NCBI GenBank assembly: GCA_963754925.1 | Contig: CAVWHX010000007.1 | Span: forward strand, 192,001 to 256,000 | Reading direction: 5' to 3' | Length of the DNA stretch: 64,000 bases | Origin: an uncultured delta proteobacterium | GTDB lineage: Bacteria; Myxococcota; B64-G9 | Position numbers and translations under genes: made by a program | Shown: positions 52,052 to 62,352 of the stretch, piece after piece | Layout of the letters: every line of letters starts with the position of its first letter | How positions within the stretch are numbered: the stretch's first letter is position 1 | The notes under the pieces: model-generated | Databases searched by the model: none | What the model was told of the DNA's origin: nothing | Seen by the model: the letters and a program-made list of their open reading frames with translations, nothing else

Positions 52052-53982
52052 TGATCATTCTTTTCAGGAAAGTTTTTTGTGCTGATAATCTCACGGATAA
52101 TCTCTTGCTTGGGTTCATCAATATACATATTGTCTGGATAGTAGCCGATGTGAAGCGCACCCTCAGCGACCAAAATCTCAAGCCAGCGCTTTATTTCTTG
52201 TGATTTGATCCACCGTTTTTGTTTCCAGTCATAGGACTGCACTTTAAAAACCGTTCGATTCAGGCCATCGGGAAAGGATTTTGCACTGCGGACCAAAGAT
52301 CTCAGCCACTGATCAACATCGGAGACCCCTTCCATGCGCGGGTAACTCATAAGCACAACCCGGTCATAATGCTGCAGGCTCTTTCCAAAGTTCTGAGCAT
52401 ACCATTCTTCGCTTTTGGGAGCGGTAAGCACCGAGGCATACAGCGTTCTTGCAAACACTACAAGCGGCTGATAACGCCTGACCGCGCGTTTGATTTGCTC
52501 AGTTAAATCTATCAAAGTGTCGGTTTTCAGTTCTACCCAGCGTTGCTTTTGTTGAGCGCTTAATTCTGAGAAACTAATCAATTTACCTTCAGAGATCTTC
52601 AGGTATTTCGATTGCGCTTCGGGGTGAAAATCTTCGAAGTCGTTAAGATAACCGTCGTCTTGAAAAACAATGCCGTCAATCTCCGCATGGATGGCCAGAT
52701 CTTCATACAACGTGCTAAGCTTCTCACGCGCTTCTGAGCTAAACGGCGATAAACGTTGATAGAACGAGGTTGATTTGCCGATCCGACCCGCGCGAAGCTC
52801 ACGGACACGCAAACGATCGGTAACCGCCTCATCAGGAAGGACAATGCTCAGCATGGGCATCCAGGCATAAACCTTGATCCCTCGCCTCCGCAATTGTGTA
52901 GCCACATGGTTGAACAGATCAGTTTTGGTAGGTAAAACGCGGTTGGGAAAGTACACCGAGGCGATATTGCCGGTGCCTTCGACATCACAAAACGCTTGGA
53001 GATAAACAATGTTGGGTTTTATCTTCAACAACCGATCAATAAAGGCATCGACATTCTTTTTCTGAGCGTCGCGATCGTTATCGAGCAAATGATCTATATC
53101 AGCATGGACGATGCGTTCACGATCCGTTTCGACAAAACCTTTCTTGTAGTCCTTTATGAAATCGCGCAGTGAGAGGTTGTCGACCATCATGGTGCGCGGG
53201 ACCGTATCGAGCGACTCCAGGTTTCCGAAGCCGTCATCGAGGTTCATCATGATCTCAAAACCCGCGCGCTTTGCCTCCTCAATATTAAATGTGTTGTATT
53301 TTCCATAGGGCCAGACCATAACCCTGGGTTTTATTCCGAGTTTCTGTTTCAATATGAGATAGGAGGATCGAAAATCATTATAAAGACGCTGTCGATACTC
53401 CTTTTCTGATTCAATCCGATCCGAGGACTGGAAATACATTCTTGCATAGTTCGCCGGAGAGGTGTCACCGTATGAGTCAACACCTATGCTGTGGTGCAAG
53501 TCGTTGGAATGGCTTGCAATCTCGACAAACCCCGATTCAACAGCCTTTCTAAGATGCTGCCATTTCATCAGACCATACCGTTGCTCCAACTCTGGCAATG
53601 GATTATCCAGCCAGGATGTCACTACCGCCCAAACGGCCGGGATATGGTAGAGCTCCAGCACGGGTAGGACTTGTTCAAATTGACTCATATACCCATCATC
53701 AAATGTCAACAACACCGATCGGCCCAAAAGCGGCTTAATTCCCTTTCGGGCGGCTAGGAGATCGTCAACCGAAATGAACTGCCACCCCTCGCTTTTCAGA
53801 AACTCGATCTGTTGGATGAACGAGGCTACACCGACCCCATAACGGTCGTTGATTTGCACTTTTAAAGGAACGTCATGGTAACATAACACTAAAAAGCGCG
53901 AATCTGGCTGATCCGCCGCCATCACGCTCGCCAGAGGCCAGAACCATACGAAGAAAAATAAAATAAAATAAATTTTTTTCAC
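52048..53982 (-). CDS. pgaB: PNAG N-deacetylase/glycoside hydrolase PgaB
   Basis: LCYHDV, TFDDGY, SHSNDLH, WPYG; VYLQAF.D and GYYPD in the C-terminal domain. Confidence 0.92.
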   Translation of the reverse strand: MKKIYFILFFFVWFWPLASVMAADQPDSRFLVLCYHDVPLKVQINDRYGVGVASFIQQIEFLKSEGWQFISVDDLLAARKGIKPLLGRSVLLTFDDGYMSQFEQVLPVLELYHIPAVWAVVTSWLDNPLPELEQRYGLMKWQHLRKAVESGFVEIASHSNDLHHSIGVDSYGDTSPANYARMYFQSSDRIESEKEYRQRLYNDFRSSYLILKQKLGIKPRVMVWPYGKYNTFNIEEAKRAGFEIMMNLDDGFGNLESLDTVPRTMMVDNLSLRDFIKDYKKGFVETDRERIVHADIDHLLDNDRDAQKKNVDAFIDRLLKIKPNIVYLQAFCDVEGTGNIASVYFPNRVLPTKTDLFNHVATQLRRRGIKVYAWMPMLSIVLPDEAVTDRLRVRELRAGRIGKSTSFYQRLSPFSSEAREKLSTLYEDLAIHAEIDGIVFQDDGYLNDFEDFHPEAQSKYLKISEGKLISFSELSAQQKQRWVELKTDTLIDLTEQIKRAVRRYQPLVVFARTLYASVLTAPKSEEWYAQNFGKSLQHYDRVVLMSYPRMEGVSDVDQWLRSLVRSAKSFPDGLNRTVFKVQSYDWKQKRWIKSQEIKRWLEILVAEGALHIGYYPDNMYIDEPKQEIIREIISTKNFPEKNDQ

Positions 53983-54009
53983 CGCAGAAACCTCTTCGGT
54001 GTTGCTTAC

Positions 54010-57000
54010 CTAAAATATCATTGAGTATTCAAAAACCAGGCTCCAACCCAAGATGGTGCTTTCTCCATAGTTTCTCTGGAATATTCCGGCGCCGATCATA
54101 AGTCGCTGCGACTCTCCAATCTCATGATTCTGCTCATAATCAACCTTCCAACGATCAGTCAGATGCACAGAGGTTTCTTTCTGCGCGCCAACCTCAGCAC
54201 CAATTTGATCTTTAAACGTATAGCCGATACTTTTGAACCAGACATGGTCGAGCCGCGCCCCTCCATCGAAGCAAAAAAACCAGGATGGGCTATAATACTC
54301 GACACTGGGTTGGGTATTGGTGACGCCTTCGCCGGACAAGATCAACTGGATTTTCCAAGCTGCCCGAGTAAAGACAGTGGTCTCCAGATTAAGATCGGAG
54401 GTGGTATTCCAGTTGGCGTCGGATAGCCGGAGCTCGGTAATGGTTGCCTTAGTTGAGAAGCTTTCGCTGTAACGATAGCGAGCTGACGCGGATAACTCCA
54501 TGCCCTCTACCCCGGCAAATAAAGCCTTGGGAGGCAGTGAGAGAGAATCCGAGTCAAAGCCCAATGAAAAAGAAAAGTGGTCAGAAGGGCTGTAAGCAAC
54601 CCCGGCAGCCCCCCCTGGCAGAGTAGAAAATGCTTCAAATGACAGGTGGCCAAACGTTGACACATCGCGATTTATACGCCAATCCCAGCCTATATTGGCC
54701 ACAAGAACATCCTTGCGTCTATTACCCTCCATCGCAGATTTCCATATCACCTCAGCGTTGAGACTGAGCCTGGGTTGTATAGGCACGTCCAGTTTCGTCG
54801 ACACCGTGTTGCCGTCGAGAAAGGAACCTTGATGGGAGAAGTCCGAATAGACGGTCACTCGCGGCCGCAGTTGCAATTCAAACTGCTTTGTGAGCTGGAC
54901 GTTGTCGTAGTTCTCTGGATTGGAGTCGAAAAGCTTCTTCGCGCATGATCGAGCTGGCTCGAAATCACCCAGTTCGTCAAGCACTTGGCATAATATGCTG
55001 CTTTTTGGTTCCTTCTCCGATTCTATTTGATCGAGGATAGAAAAGGACTCTAAGGCTTTCCGTGGCCATCCGCGGAATTGATAAACGCTGGCTAGATCAA
55101 ACCGAAAGTCGGTATTGAAAGGCGCCAGACGGTGGAGACCCTCGAAATGCTCTTGCGCCTCGGATAGCCGGTCCTGCGAGATCAACCACCACCCCCGTTC
55201 TCGTTGAAGCTCCTCAAGTCTCCAACTCTTTTGACTGACGCCAACCCGGTCGGCCGACGACTGTTCAGATTCCAACTGGTCCAAGATCTTTTTGGCTTCT
55301 GAATAATCGCCTAAAAGCGTTAGGCAGTGCGCCGTCGTTATCCTGAAATCAAACCACTCTTGGTCGTCCATATTGGATCCGTCCAGGGTGGCCTTGCGTA
55401 AGAGTGAAAGTGCTCTTTTTTGCTGTTTACGATCTACAAGTGCCTCGGCCGCACGCCGCAGCAGCCACGCAGGTAGTTCACTGAGATCGTCACCATTGCG
55501 CTCATGGAGATCGACAATAGCCAGGGACTCAATTCTTGAACGATATTCCGGAAGCCCTTCGAGTTGGGCGCGAAGCTGTTGCCAATGGAGCGACCTATTC
55601 AAATCAGTCGCCAAACCAGAACCGGTGCTAGCGATAAATACTTTCGCAGGGCTCACCGATGACAGAGTAAGCAAAATACTAGCCTTATCATTAAGCGCGG
55701 TCTCATCACCAGGCCGAATTTCTAGAATACGCTCCAAAACCTTGATGGCCGCAAAGGGACGTTGCATTCTTTCCAGTAACCGAGCCTTTTCGAAAAGGAG
55801 ATCGATATTACTCGGCTCGTTGATCAGCGCTTTATCTAACAAGGAGTTGGCCTCTTCCAGTTGACCCTGGCCAGACAAGTACCTTGCCAGCGATATGCGT
55901 GACGCGGTATTCAACGGTAGTTCTTCAATGACGTGAATATGGAACACCCGGTCAGAGATCTTAGACAAGAAAGCGTTGGCGCCTTCATAATCGCCCATGA
56001 GGATATGCAAATAAGCGAAACTGCGCGTCATCAGGGTGACATTAGCCTTGGAGATAGCAACTTGCGTCAACTTCTTTTGAGCGGGCTCGATGCGTCCCTG
56101 CTGGAGTAAAATCTCCGCCTGAAAGTAACTGGCCCATTCTGGCCGATCCGCATATCGCTGTTCAATAAACCTGTGGATTTCTTCAGAACGTCCGGCAGCG
56201 AGAAAGGCGGCACACACATGCAGGAAAACCCATGGATCATCGTGGCTGGCGAGATATTGAAGATAGTAGTCAACTGCTAGGTTATACTGCTTCACCTCCA
56301 TGCAGGCTTGAGCAATCTCGAATGTAACTTGATCGGGAATATGGAATTCTTTTGGTATGTTAGATAATTGAGCGACCGCATCACTATAGCGTCTAGCGCA
56401 AACTAATACATGGATGTAGTCGATGAGAAACGAGGGCTCACGATTAGAATGTGCCAGCTGATCCATCCATTCGACAGCGTAATCACAGCGCCCTTGCTGG
56501 GCCAGCTTGAGCGCCTGCTTGCGCTTTTGCTCAAGCAGATATGGTTTGAGCCATACCAAGGATTTGTCGTCAGGTTCGAAGAATTCCTTAACCGGCTCAT
56601 AGTCTTGGCGGATGGCGCCGCGTTTCTGATAGAGGCGCATCAGGTTATCCAAGGCCAGGGAATCTTTGGGTGTTAACTCAAGAACTCGTAGAAGTAGCTC
56701 TCGGGAATGCTCGTAAGATTCTGGAGACTGATCGGCACCGCCTTTGTTTGCAAGATTTATCGCCTGTTGTAGCCAGATTCGAGCCTGTGATTTGTCAAGC
56801 CAAGACTGCTCTACCGCAACCAAGCTTGCCCGCTGCTTGAGCAATTCTTCTGCTTTTGAATAATCCTCAGCCCGCAAGAAGGCGCCTAGGAGAAGATCCC
56901 AGGTGGCTTCATCATCTGGATCATTGGCCAGGATGGATTTATATATCTCCAGTGCTTGCTGGATGTTGTTTAGTTGGCAAAATGAATCGGCCACAGCCAA

Positions 57001-57774
57001 ACGAACCTGCTTTGGAATCGCACAGCTTGGGTCTAGCAACCGATAGCGTTCAACGGCTTGAGAATGCTTATTGGCCCAGTTCAATACTAAAATATGATCG
57101 AAAGCTATCGGCGAGCAGGAGGGGCTAAGCGAGCTTAGTTTATCAAAGATCTCCAAGGATTCAAGCCACATCCCATGCCGAGCGAGGTAAACCGCTTTCA
57201 GACGTAAAACGGTATTTTTGATTTGCAACAGCCATTCTTCTCCCAAGTTATTTCGTCTGGCGATGTTCGCCAGAGTCTCGGATGCGAGTGAGAGCTGATT
57301 CAACTCCAACGAGGTGCCGATGAAATCCTCCAAGGCGCGTGAGTGGTTTGGATCCTCTTCAAGTATTTGTTGGCTGATCGAAAGTGCAGCCTGATGTTGC
57401 TGGATCTTTCGAAAGCAGCTTCCGATCTCCAGCAAAACATAATTTGGAATTTTACAATCTCTCGGCAAGGATTGAAAAACCTCGACAGCTTGGCGGGGTT
57501 GTTCAGCCCAAGAAAGGATAACGATCTGGTCAAAGACCACCCCAAGAGACCAGGCGTTTTTCAGCACCGGTTTAAGAAGGTTGAGCGCTACGTTAGCATT
57601 ACCTTGGCGAGCTATCACCACGGCCAAATGATGAAGCATTCCGTAATACGAAGACTCAAGCACACCCCTCATCCGGCCAAAGACTGTTAAGTCTCGAACT
57701 GCGTCTGCCATGGCAAATTGGCATGAATAGATCAACAAAAAGAAGCTTACGACAAATATTCGAATCCGCATCAT
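54010..57774 (-). CDS. pgaA: PNAG export porin PgaA with extended TPR region
   Basis: Many TPRs, RGWPRKA motif, C-terminal barrel ending in F; first gene of the operon. Confidence 0.8.
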   Translation of the reverse strand: MMRIRIFVVSFFLLIYSCQFAMADAVRDLTVFGRMRGVLESSYYGMLHHLAVVIARQGNANVALNLLKPVLKNAWSLGVVFDQIVILSWAEQPRQAVEVFQSLPRDCKIPNYVLLEIGSCFRKIQQHQAALSISQQILEEDPNHSRALEDFIGTSLELNQLSLASETLANIARRNNLGEEWLLQIKNTVLRLKAVYLARHGMWLESLEIFDKLSSLSPSCSPIAFDHILVLNWANKHSQAVERYRLLDPSCAIPKQVRLAVADSFCQLNNIQQALEIYKSILANDPDDEATWDLLLGAFLRAEDYSKAEELLKQRASLVAVEQSWLDKSQARIWLQQAINLANKGGADQSPESYEHSRELLLRVLELTPKDSLALDNLMRLYQKRGAIRQDYEPVKEFFEPDDKSLVWLKPYLLEQKRKQALKLAQQGRCDYAVEWMDQLAHSNREPSFLIDYIHVLVCARRYSDAVAQLSNIPKEFHIPDQVTFEIAQACMEVKQYNLAVDYYLQYLASHDDPWVFLHVCAAFLAAGRSEEIHRFIEQRYADRPEWASYFQAEILLQQGRIEPAQKKLTQVAISKANVTLMTRSFAYLHILMGDYEGANAFLSKISDRVFHIHVIEELPLNTASRISLARYLSGQGQLEEANSLLDKALINEPSNIDLLFEKARLLERMQRPFAAIKVLERILEIRPGDETALNDKASILLTLSSVSPAKVFIASTGSGLATDLNRSLHWQQLRAQLEGLPEYRSRIESLAIVDLHERNGDDLSELPAWLLRRAAEALVDRKQQKRALSLLRKATLDGSNMDDQEWFDFRITTAHCLTLLGDYSEAKKILDQLESEQSSADRVGVSQKSWRLEELQRERGWWLISQDRLSEAQEHFEGLHRLAPFNTDFRFDLASVYQFRGWPRKALESFSILDQIESEKEPKSSILCQVLDELGDFEPARSCAKKLFDSNPENYDNVQLTKQFELQLRPRVTVYSDFSHQGSFLDGNTVSTKLDVPIQPRLSLNAEVIWKSAMEGNRRKDVLVANIGWDWRINRDVSTFGHLSFEAFSTLPGGAAGVAYSPSDHFSFSLGFDSDSLSLPPKALFAGVEGMELSASARYRYSESFSTKATITELRLSDANWNTTSDLNLETTVFTRAAWKIQLILSGEGVTNTQPSVEYYSPSWFFCFDGGARLDHVWFKSIGYTFKDQIGAEVGAQKETSVHLTDRWKVDYEQNHEIGESQRLMIGAGIFQRNYGESTILGWSLVFEYSMIF

Positions 57775-58156
57775 CGTAATTAGGTAATTAAAATCCTCCA
57801 CCCAATTCGAGAGTTCGCCCGAATTGAGCACAGCTGTAGTTCTCTATCTTCTTTATTGTGACAAACATCAAAAATATTGTGGTTCCTGTACCATGAAGAT
57901 CCTATATCTCTCATGGATTCAAAAAACCCATGGATTCATCGAATCCTTTGACAGTGGCAGTTTTCAAACAATAAAAATTGCCCTATAACCTTTTACTGAT
58001 AAGAGATTGAAGGAATAAAGGAAACGAAGTTTCTTTTCATGCGATCCGAAATTTTTTAAAGAACTTCCTCAATTGTGCGTGATGTATACCCCCAGCCATA
58101 TAAAAAGTCAACAAACAAGATAGGAATGAAGGTGGAATGAATTATTTTTATAACGG

Positions 58157-58266
58157 TGTCGTTCGCCATCGATAAAGCGACCGGCGTTGTCAAGTACAGA
58201 TGTTCGTCGAAGCCACCAACTCTATCATCCGTTACCTGTCAATTTCGTAGAAATCTTCCTCAGCCA
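58157..58266 (+). repeat. B repeat copy 3 (5' part)
   Basis: TGTCGTTCGCCATCGATAAAGCGACCGGC...AGAAATCTTCCTCAGCCA; near-identical to 28657-28766. Confidence 0.88.
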
Positions 58267-58367
58267 TCGATACGTGCTCTTTGTCGGGCCCTCATTGACC
58301 CGGGCACATGAGAGGTTCCGATGGGAGTGCTACCAAAACTTCGTCTCTCGTATAAACGGGACATGGC

Positions 58368-58513
58368 GAACACGCAAAACTCGTCCTCATCGAAAACCAA
58401 AGCATTTTTCATGTCGCCTGCACTACCCTACTCCACATTGAAATCTTGCCACATAGTTCCGCTCGCACCACTCTTTCGCCACGACCGATTCAGTTTTCAA
58501 GCTCATTTTTTTC
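58368..58513 (+). repeat. A repeat copy 18 (5' two-thirds)
   Basis: GCAAAACTCGTCCTCATCGAAAACCAAAGCATTTTTCATGTCGCCTGCACTACCC...CAAGCTCATTTTT. Confidence 0.85.
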
Positions 58514-58631
58514 ATCAGTACCGCTATCGGCAGGATAACAATAACTGCTCGTATCTCCGCTGGCATGATTTCCCTTTGTCCAGTATCCAACCGGTGAAAT
58601 ATTCCTTTAACCAATTTCCCACTTTTTCGTA

Positions 58632-58660
58632 TTGACTTGTTCTTTACTTAAGAGTATAAT
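58632..58660 (+). promoter_or_regulatory. putative sigma70 promoter upstream of vgrG
   Basis: TTGACT-N17-TATAAT. Confidence 0.65.
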
Positions 58661-58839
58661 ATCTTGAAATAATTACTAATATGTGATTTTAAACTTTTCG
58701 AAAAAGGGTTAGATAGTTTGAGGGAGAGCTGATGTACCGGCGCCCACCCTGAGCTGGGTAGAAGTGATCGTCGTTTGGGATGATACCGACCAACCGATAC
58801 CAAATCTTCAGTTGGTGACAGTAACCTATGAGGTGATAA

Positions 58840-61464
58840 ATGGTTTTGACAGGAGCTTCGAACGAATCTCGGTTTCTTTTTACGTTGGGCCAGCGAACAG
58901 ATATTCGAGTTTTGAGTTTCCAGATCACCGAGGCCATCTCAACGAATTTTACCATTGATCTTACCCTGGCCTGCGATCGGGTCGTTGCATTTGATGATAT
59001 CGTTGGGCAAAAAGCTTTTCTCACCGTCCTCGGTCACCAAACGGATAGATATTGGCACGGCCTCATACGAGATTTCATATTTATGGAGATAAAGAAACGG
59101 TTTTTTATCTACCACGCCACGCTCGTGCCCGCCTTATGGATGCTCACGCAAGAGCAGGATTGTCGCATCTTCCAAGACAACAACACGCAGCATATTGTCG
59201 AGAAGATCCTTAACGAAGCCGGCCTCACCAGCAAAGAATACGCTTTCAACAACCAAAGCCCTGGCATGACCAGGGAATATTGCGTCCAATATCGAGAGAC
59301 TGATTTCGACTTCATTGCACGGTTATTGGAAGAAGACGGGATTTTCTTCTTCTTCAACCACGACCAAAAAGCTACCACCGTGGTTTTTGGCGATGGGCCG
59401 AGCGCCTACGAACCAATTGATGGTGATTCAAAGGTAACGCTGAGCAAGGCTCCGGGCATGGTGGCGGAGCATGAATTTGTGCGAAGCATTAACTTTTCGC
59501 GCCATGTCCATAGCGGGAAGGTCACGCTCAGAGATTACAATTTTGAAAAACCCGCTTTGGACCTAACCGCCGAGAGAAAAGACAAGGTCTTCGACAATCT
59601 GGAAATTTATGATTATCCGGGCCGATACGGAGACCCATCGACAGGCAAGAACATCGCAACCATCAGACTTCAGAAATCAATCACGTACAAAGACCAGTGT
59701 AATGGCGATAGCGTCTGCCCGCGGTTCGCCCCGGGACGTACCTTCACCCTCAAAACCACCGAGAGGCTTCCCGAATTTACCAAAGAGTACCTGTTGGTAT
59801 CGGTGTCCCATGTTGGGGAGCAGCCCCAGGCACTGGAGGAACTTGCCGACCCCAACACCGTCAATTCTTATCATAATACTTTTAAATGCATTCCCTCTTC
59901 TGTGACCTTTCGGCCGCAGGGTGGCGCCAAAAAGCCAACTATCAGCGGCGTTCAGACCGCCATGGTAGTGGGTCCCGCCAATGAAGAGATTTTCACCGAT
60001 CAGTACGGGCGCATCAAAGTACAATTCCACTGGGACCGCGAGGGGAATAAAAATGATAAAAGCTCCTGCTGGATACGGGTGAGCCAGGTATTTACCGGCG
60101 CGGGTTTTGGAGCGATGGCCGTTCCGCGCATCGGGCAGGAGATGATCGTTGGCTTCATCGAAGGCGACCCGGACCGACCCATCATTACCGGGCGGGTGTA
60201 CCACGGCAACAATCCAACTCCCTACACCCTGCCAGGGGAAAAGAGCAAAACCACCTTCAGGAGCAACTCGACTCCGGGCGGGTGCGGATCCAACGAGTTG
60301 ACCTTTGAGGACAAAAAGGGGAAGGAGCAGATCTACCTTCGCGCGGAGCGTGATCTCAACGAATTCGTAAAACACGATCATGTGGTTGAAGTTTGCAATA
60401 ACGAGATTATTGGCGTCGGCGGAAACCAGGTTGTAACGGTTCGGGGCAACAGTATTGACGAGGTCATCGGCACTAAAACCTGCATGGTTCAAGGCAACCG
60501 CATGGAGACCGTACAAGGAATACAGAACAGCAACTTCATAGGCCTACGACAAGAAAACGTCGAGGGAGTTGACAACCGCTTCGTCCTCGGCACTCAAACA
60601 TTGCTGGTAAAAGGCTCTCGGTCGGTTTGGGTAAACGGCTCGTCGAGCGCTCAAATAGGCACCACGGGAGATAATTGCGAGGCGATGGTCTCGGTGTTTG
60701 GAAAATCGACCATTTTTTCGACCGAGCGTATCAACATCGTTTCCAAGGATGAGATCGTTTTAGAGTGCGGCATGACCAAAGTAGTCATTGGTCCCGATGC
60801 GGTAAGCATCAAAACTAATAAAATATCATTACATGCGCTTGATTCCATAGCATTGAAATCGGACGGGCCAACTTTGGATCTCACCGATGAAGTGGAGATT
60901 GCATCCAAAGCGGTGAAAATCTACGCCAAAGGCTCGTCGGTGGAGCTCGAGACCGATGCCGACATCAATGGCGGCAAGGTGAAACTCAACTGTGGTGCGG
61001 GCCAGGCCAAGGCAGCATCTGAAAAAGATGAGAAATCGAAAACCAAGCAGCTCAAGATACAGCTTCATGATTATGATATGCAGCCGCTTGCCAATAAAAA
61101 ATACCGGCTGATGACCTGCGGCAACAAGTATGAAGGAACCACGGATGGTGATGGGTATCTCAATGAAACAGTTCCCGACGAAGCCGAGAAAGGCCAGTTG
61201 AACGTATGGCTGGATGAATATCCGACCGGCACCCGGCTCAACCTCATCCTCGAAATGAAAGAAGAACTGCCGCCCGCAACATCCATCAAGGGTGCGTTGT
61301 TTCGTCTCAAGAATTTAGGTTACTACACGGCGGAAGTTTCGGACAATCTCACGAACGAAGGCGAGGCGGCGCTGCGCTCTTTCCAGGATGACAACAAATT
61401 AGAGGTAACGGGCGAGCTCGACGAAAAAACAAAGGCCAAAATCGCCGAGATTTACGGCAGTTAA
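58840..61464 (+). CDS. vgrG: type VI secretion tip protein VgrG with C-terminal peptidoglycan-binding-like domain
   Basis: YCVQYRETD..F..RLLEEDGI, GRIKVQFHWDR, SSCWIRVSQ, PRIGQE, GDPDRP; C-terminal LGY...ALRSFQDDNKLEVTGELD. Confidence 0.93.
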   Translation: MVLTGASNESRFLFTLGQRTDIRVLSFQITEAISTNFTIDLTLACDRVVAFDDIVGQKAFLTVLGHQTDRYWHGLIRDFIFMEIKKRFFIYHATLVPALWMLTQEQDCRIFQDNNTQHIVEKILNEAGLTSKEYAFNNQSPGMTREYCVQYRETDFDFIARLLEEDGIFFFFNHDQKATTVVFGDGPSAYEPIDGDSKVTLSKAPGMVAEHEFVRSINFSRHVHSGKVTLRDYNFEKPALDLTAERKDKVFDNLEIYDYPGRYGDPSTGKNIATIRLQKSITYKDQCNGDSVCPRFAPGRTFTLKTTERLPEFTKEYLLVSVSHVGEQPQALEELADPNTVNSYHNTFKCIPSSVTFRPQGGAKKPTISGVQTAMVVGPANEEIFTDQYGRIKVQFHWDREGNKNDKSSCWIRVSQVFTGAGFGAMAVPRIGQEMIVGFIEGDPDRPIITGRVYHGNNPTPYTLPGEKSKTTFRSNSTPGGCGSNELTFEDKKGKEQIYLRAERDLNEFVKHDHVVEVCNNEIIGVGGNQVVTVRGNSIDEVIGTKTCMVQGNRMETVQGIQNSNFIGLRQENVEGVDNRFVLGTQTLLVKGSRSVWVNGSSSAQIGTTGDNCEAMVSVFGKSTIFSTERINIVSKDEIVLECGMTKVVIGPDAVSIKTNKISLHALDSIALKSDGPTLDLTDEVEIASKAVKIYAKGSSVELETDADINGGKVKLNCGAGQAKAASEKDEKSKTKQLKIQLHDYDMQPLANKKYRLMTCGNKYEGTTDGDGYLNETVPDEAEKGQLNVWLDEYPTGTRLNLILEMKEELPPATSIKGALFRLKNLGYYTAEVSDNLTNEGEAALRSFQDDNKLEVTGELDEKTKAKIAEIYGS

Positions 61465-61500
61465 ATTGTGCGCGCAACCGCGCAAAACTTAGGAGTCACA

Positions 61501-62352
61501 ATGTGCTGGCGTCTATTTATGATAACATTGATATCGGCATTCTCTCTGCCATTCACGGCGTATAACTCTTGCATGGAGGCTTGTGAAATGTTTTCAAGCA
61601 CAGAACGAAGGTTCAAGAATTCTTTTCCTGACATTGATTCTGAAAATAAATTATTTGGTCAGGAAACATGGGGTAGACATGACCTCGTATCAATTGCTTG
61701 GGGTGATCCGCTTACCTTTAAGAAAATCGATGAACCCAAGGAAGTCACGGCATACGATACAATCACTTCACCATCTGATGGAAAGGTTTTTAGTGGAAGG
61801 TTCGTAATGAGTGCAGTTATGAACTATGAATCGATGGGAGCTGCATTCAATGCTGAGTATTTTGTGACTACAAAAAATATCCGCCTTGTCGAGCGTATAC
61901 CACCCTTGCAGGCACCTACTGGTTGGCGCGGCATCGTGCCGGGCGAGTTTGTGTCGCGACCCATTGCTAATAAGGATACGATTGATGACAAGTACCTTAT
62001 CGAGTTTCCTGCCAATAAACCTACCCACTTATATATACGTCCCTTTCCTGACGAATATCCATTTGTTATTGTCATTACAAAGGACGGGGGTTCTCTATCA
62101 ATGACCTACGATAAAAATTACGGAATTTTTAGTTTCCAGACAAATAGCGCAGGCCGTTATGAGATTCGCGTTACCGAACCATCGAAAAGGAGCGAGCGAC
62201 CCATCAAGTATATTTTTTTCACCTGGTGGGATGATAGTCTAAGCAACATGGGGATCTCATCCTACGAATCGTATCGCGTCCTCTGGGGGCGCGACACGGT
62301 TGTTGCACCTTCTTCAAAATCTGATGGCAGCAAAATAACGCCTCCTAAATAA
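61501..62352 (+). CDS. exported hypothetical protein, paralogue 1 of 3
   Basis: AGGAG RBS, signal peptide, NSCMEACEM; shares NYESMGAAFNAEYFV with the next two genes. Confidence 0.75.
   Translation: MCWRLFMITLISAFSLPFTAYNSCMEACEMFSSTERRFKNSFPDIDSENKLFGQETWGRHDLVSIAWGDPLTFKKIDEPKEVTAYDTITSPSDGKVFSGRFVMSAVMNYESMGAAFNAEYFVTTKNIRLVERIPPLQAPTGWRGIVPGEFVSRPIANKDTIDDKYLIEFPANKPTHLYIRPFPDEYPFVIVITKDGGSLSMTYDKNYGIFSFQTNSAGRYEIRVTEPSKRSERPIKYIFFTWWDDSLSNMGISSYESYRVLWGRDTVVAPSSKSDGSKITPPK

Noticed and set aside
13424..58513. A repeats as a CRISPR array or attC sites
   Set aside because: Units are ~238 bp, divergent and separated by whole genes. There are no cas genes and no RYYYAAC/GTTRRRY ends.
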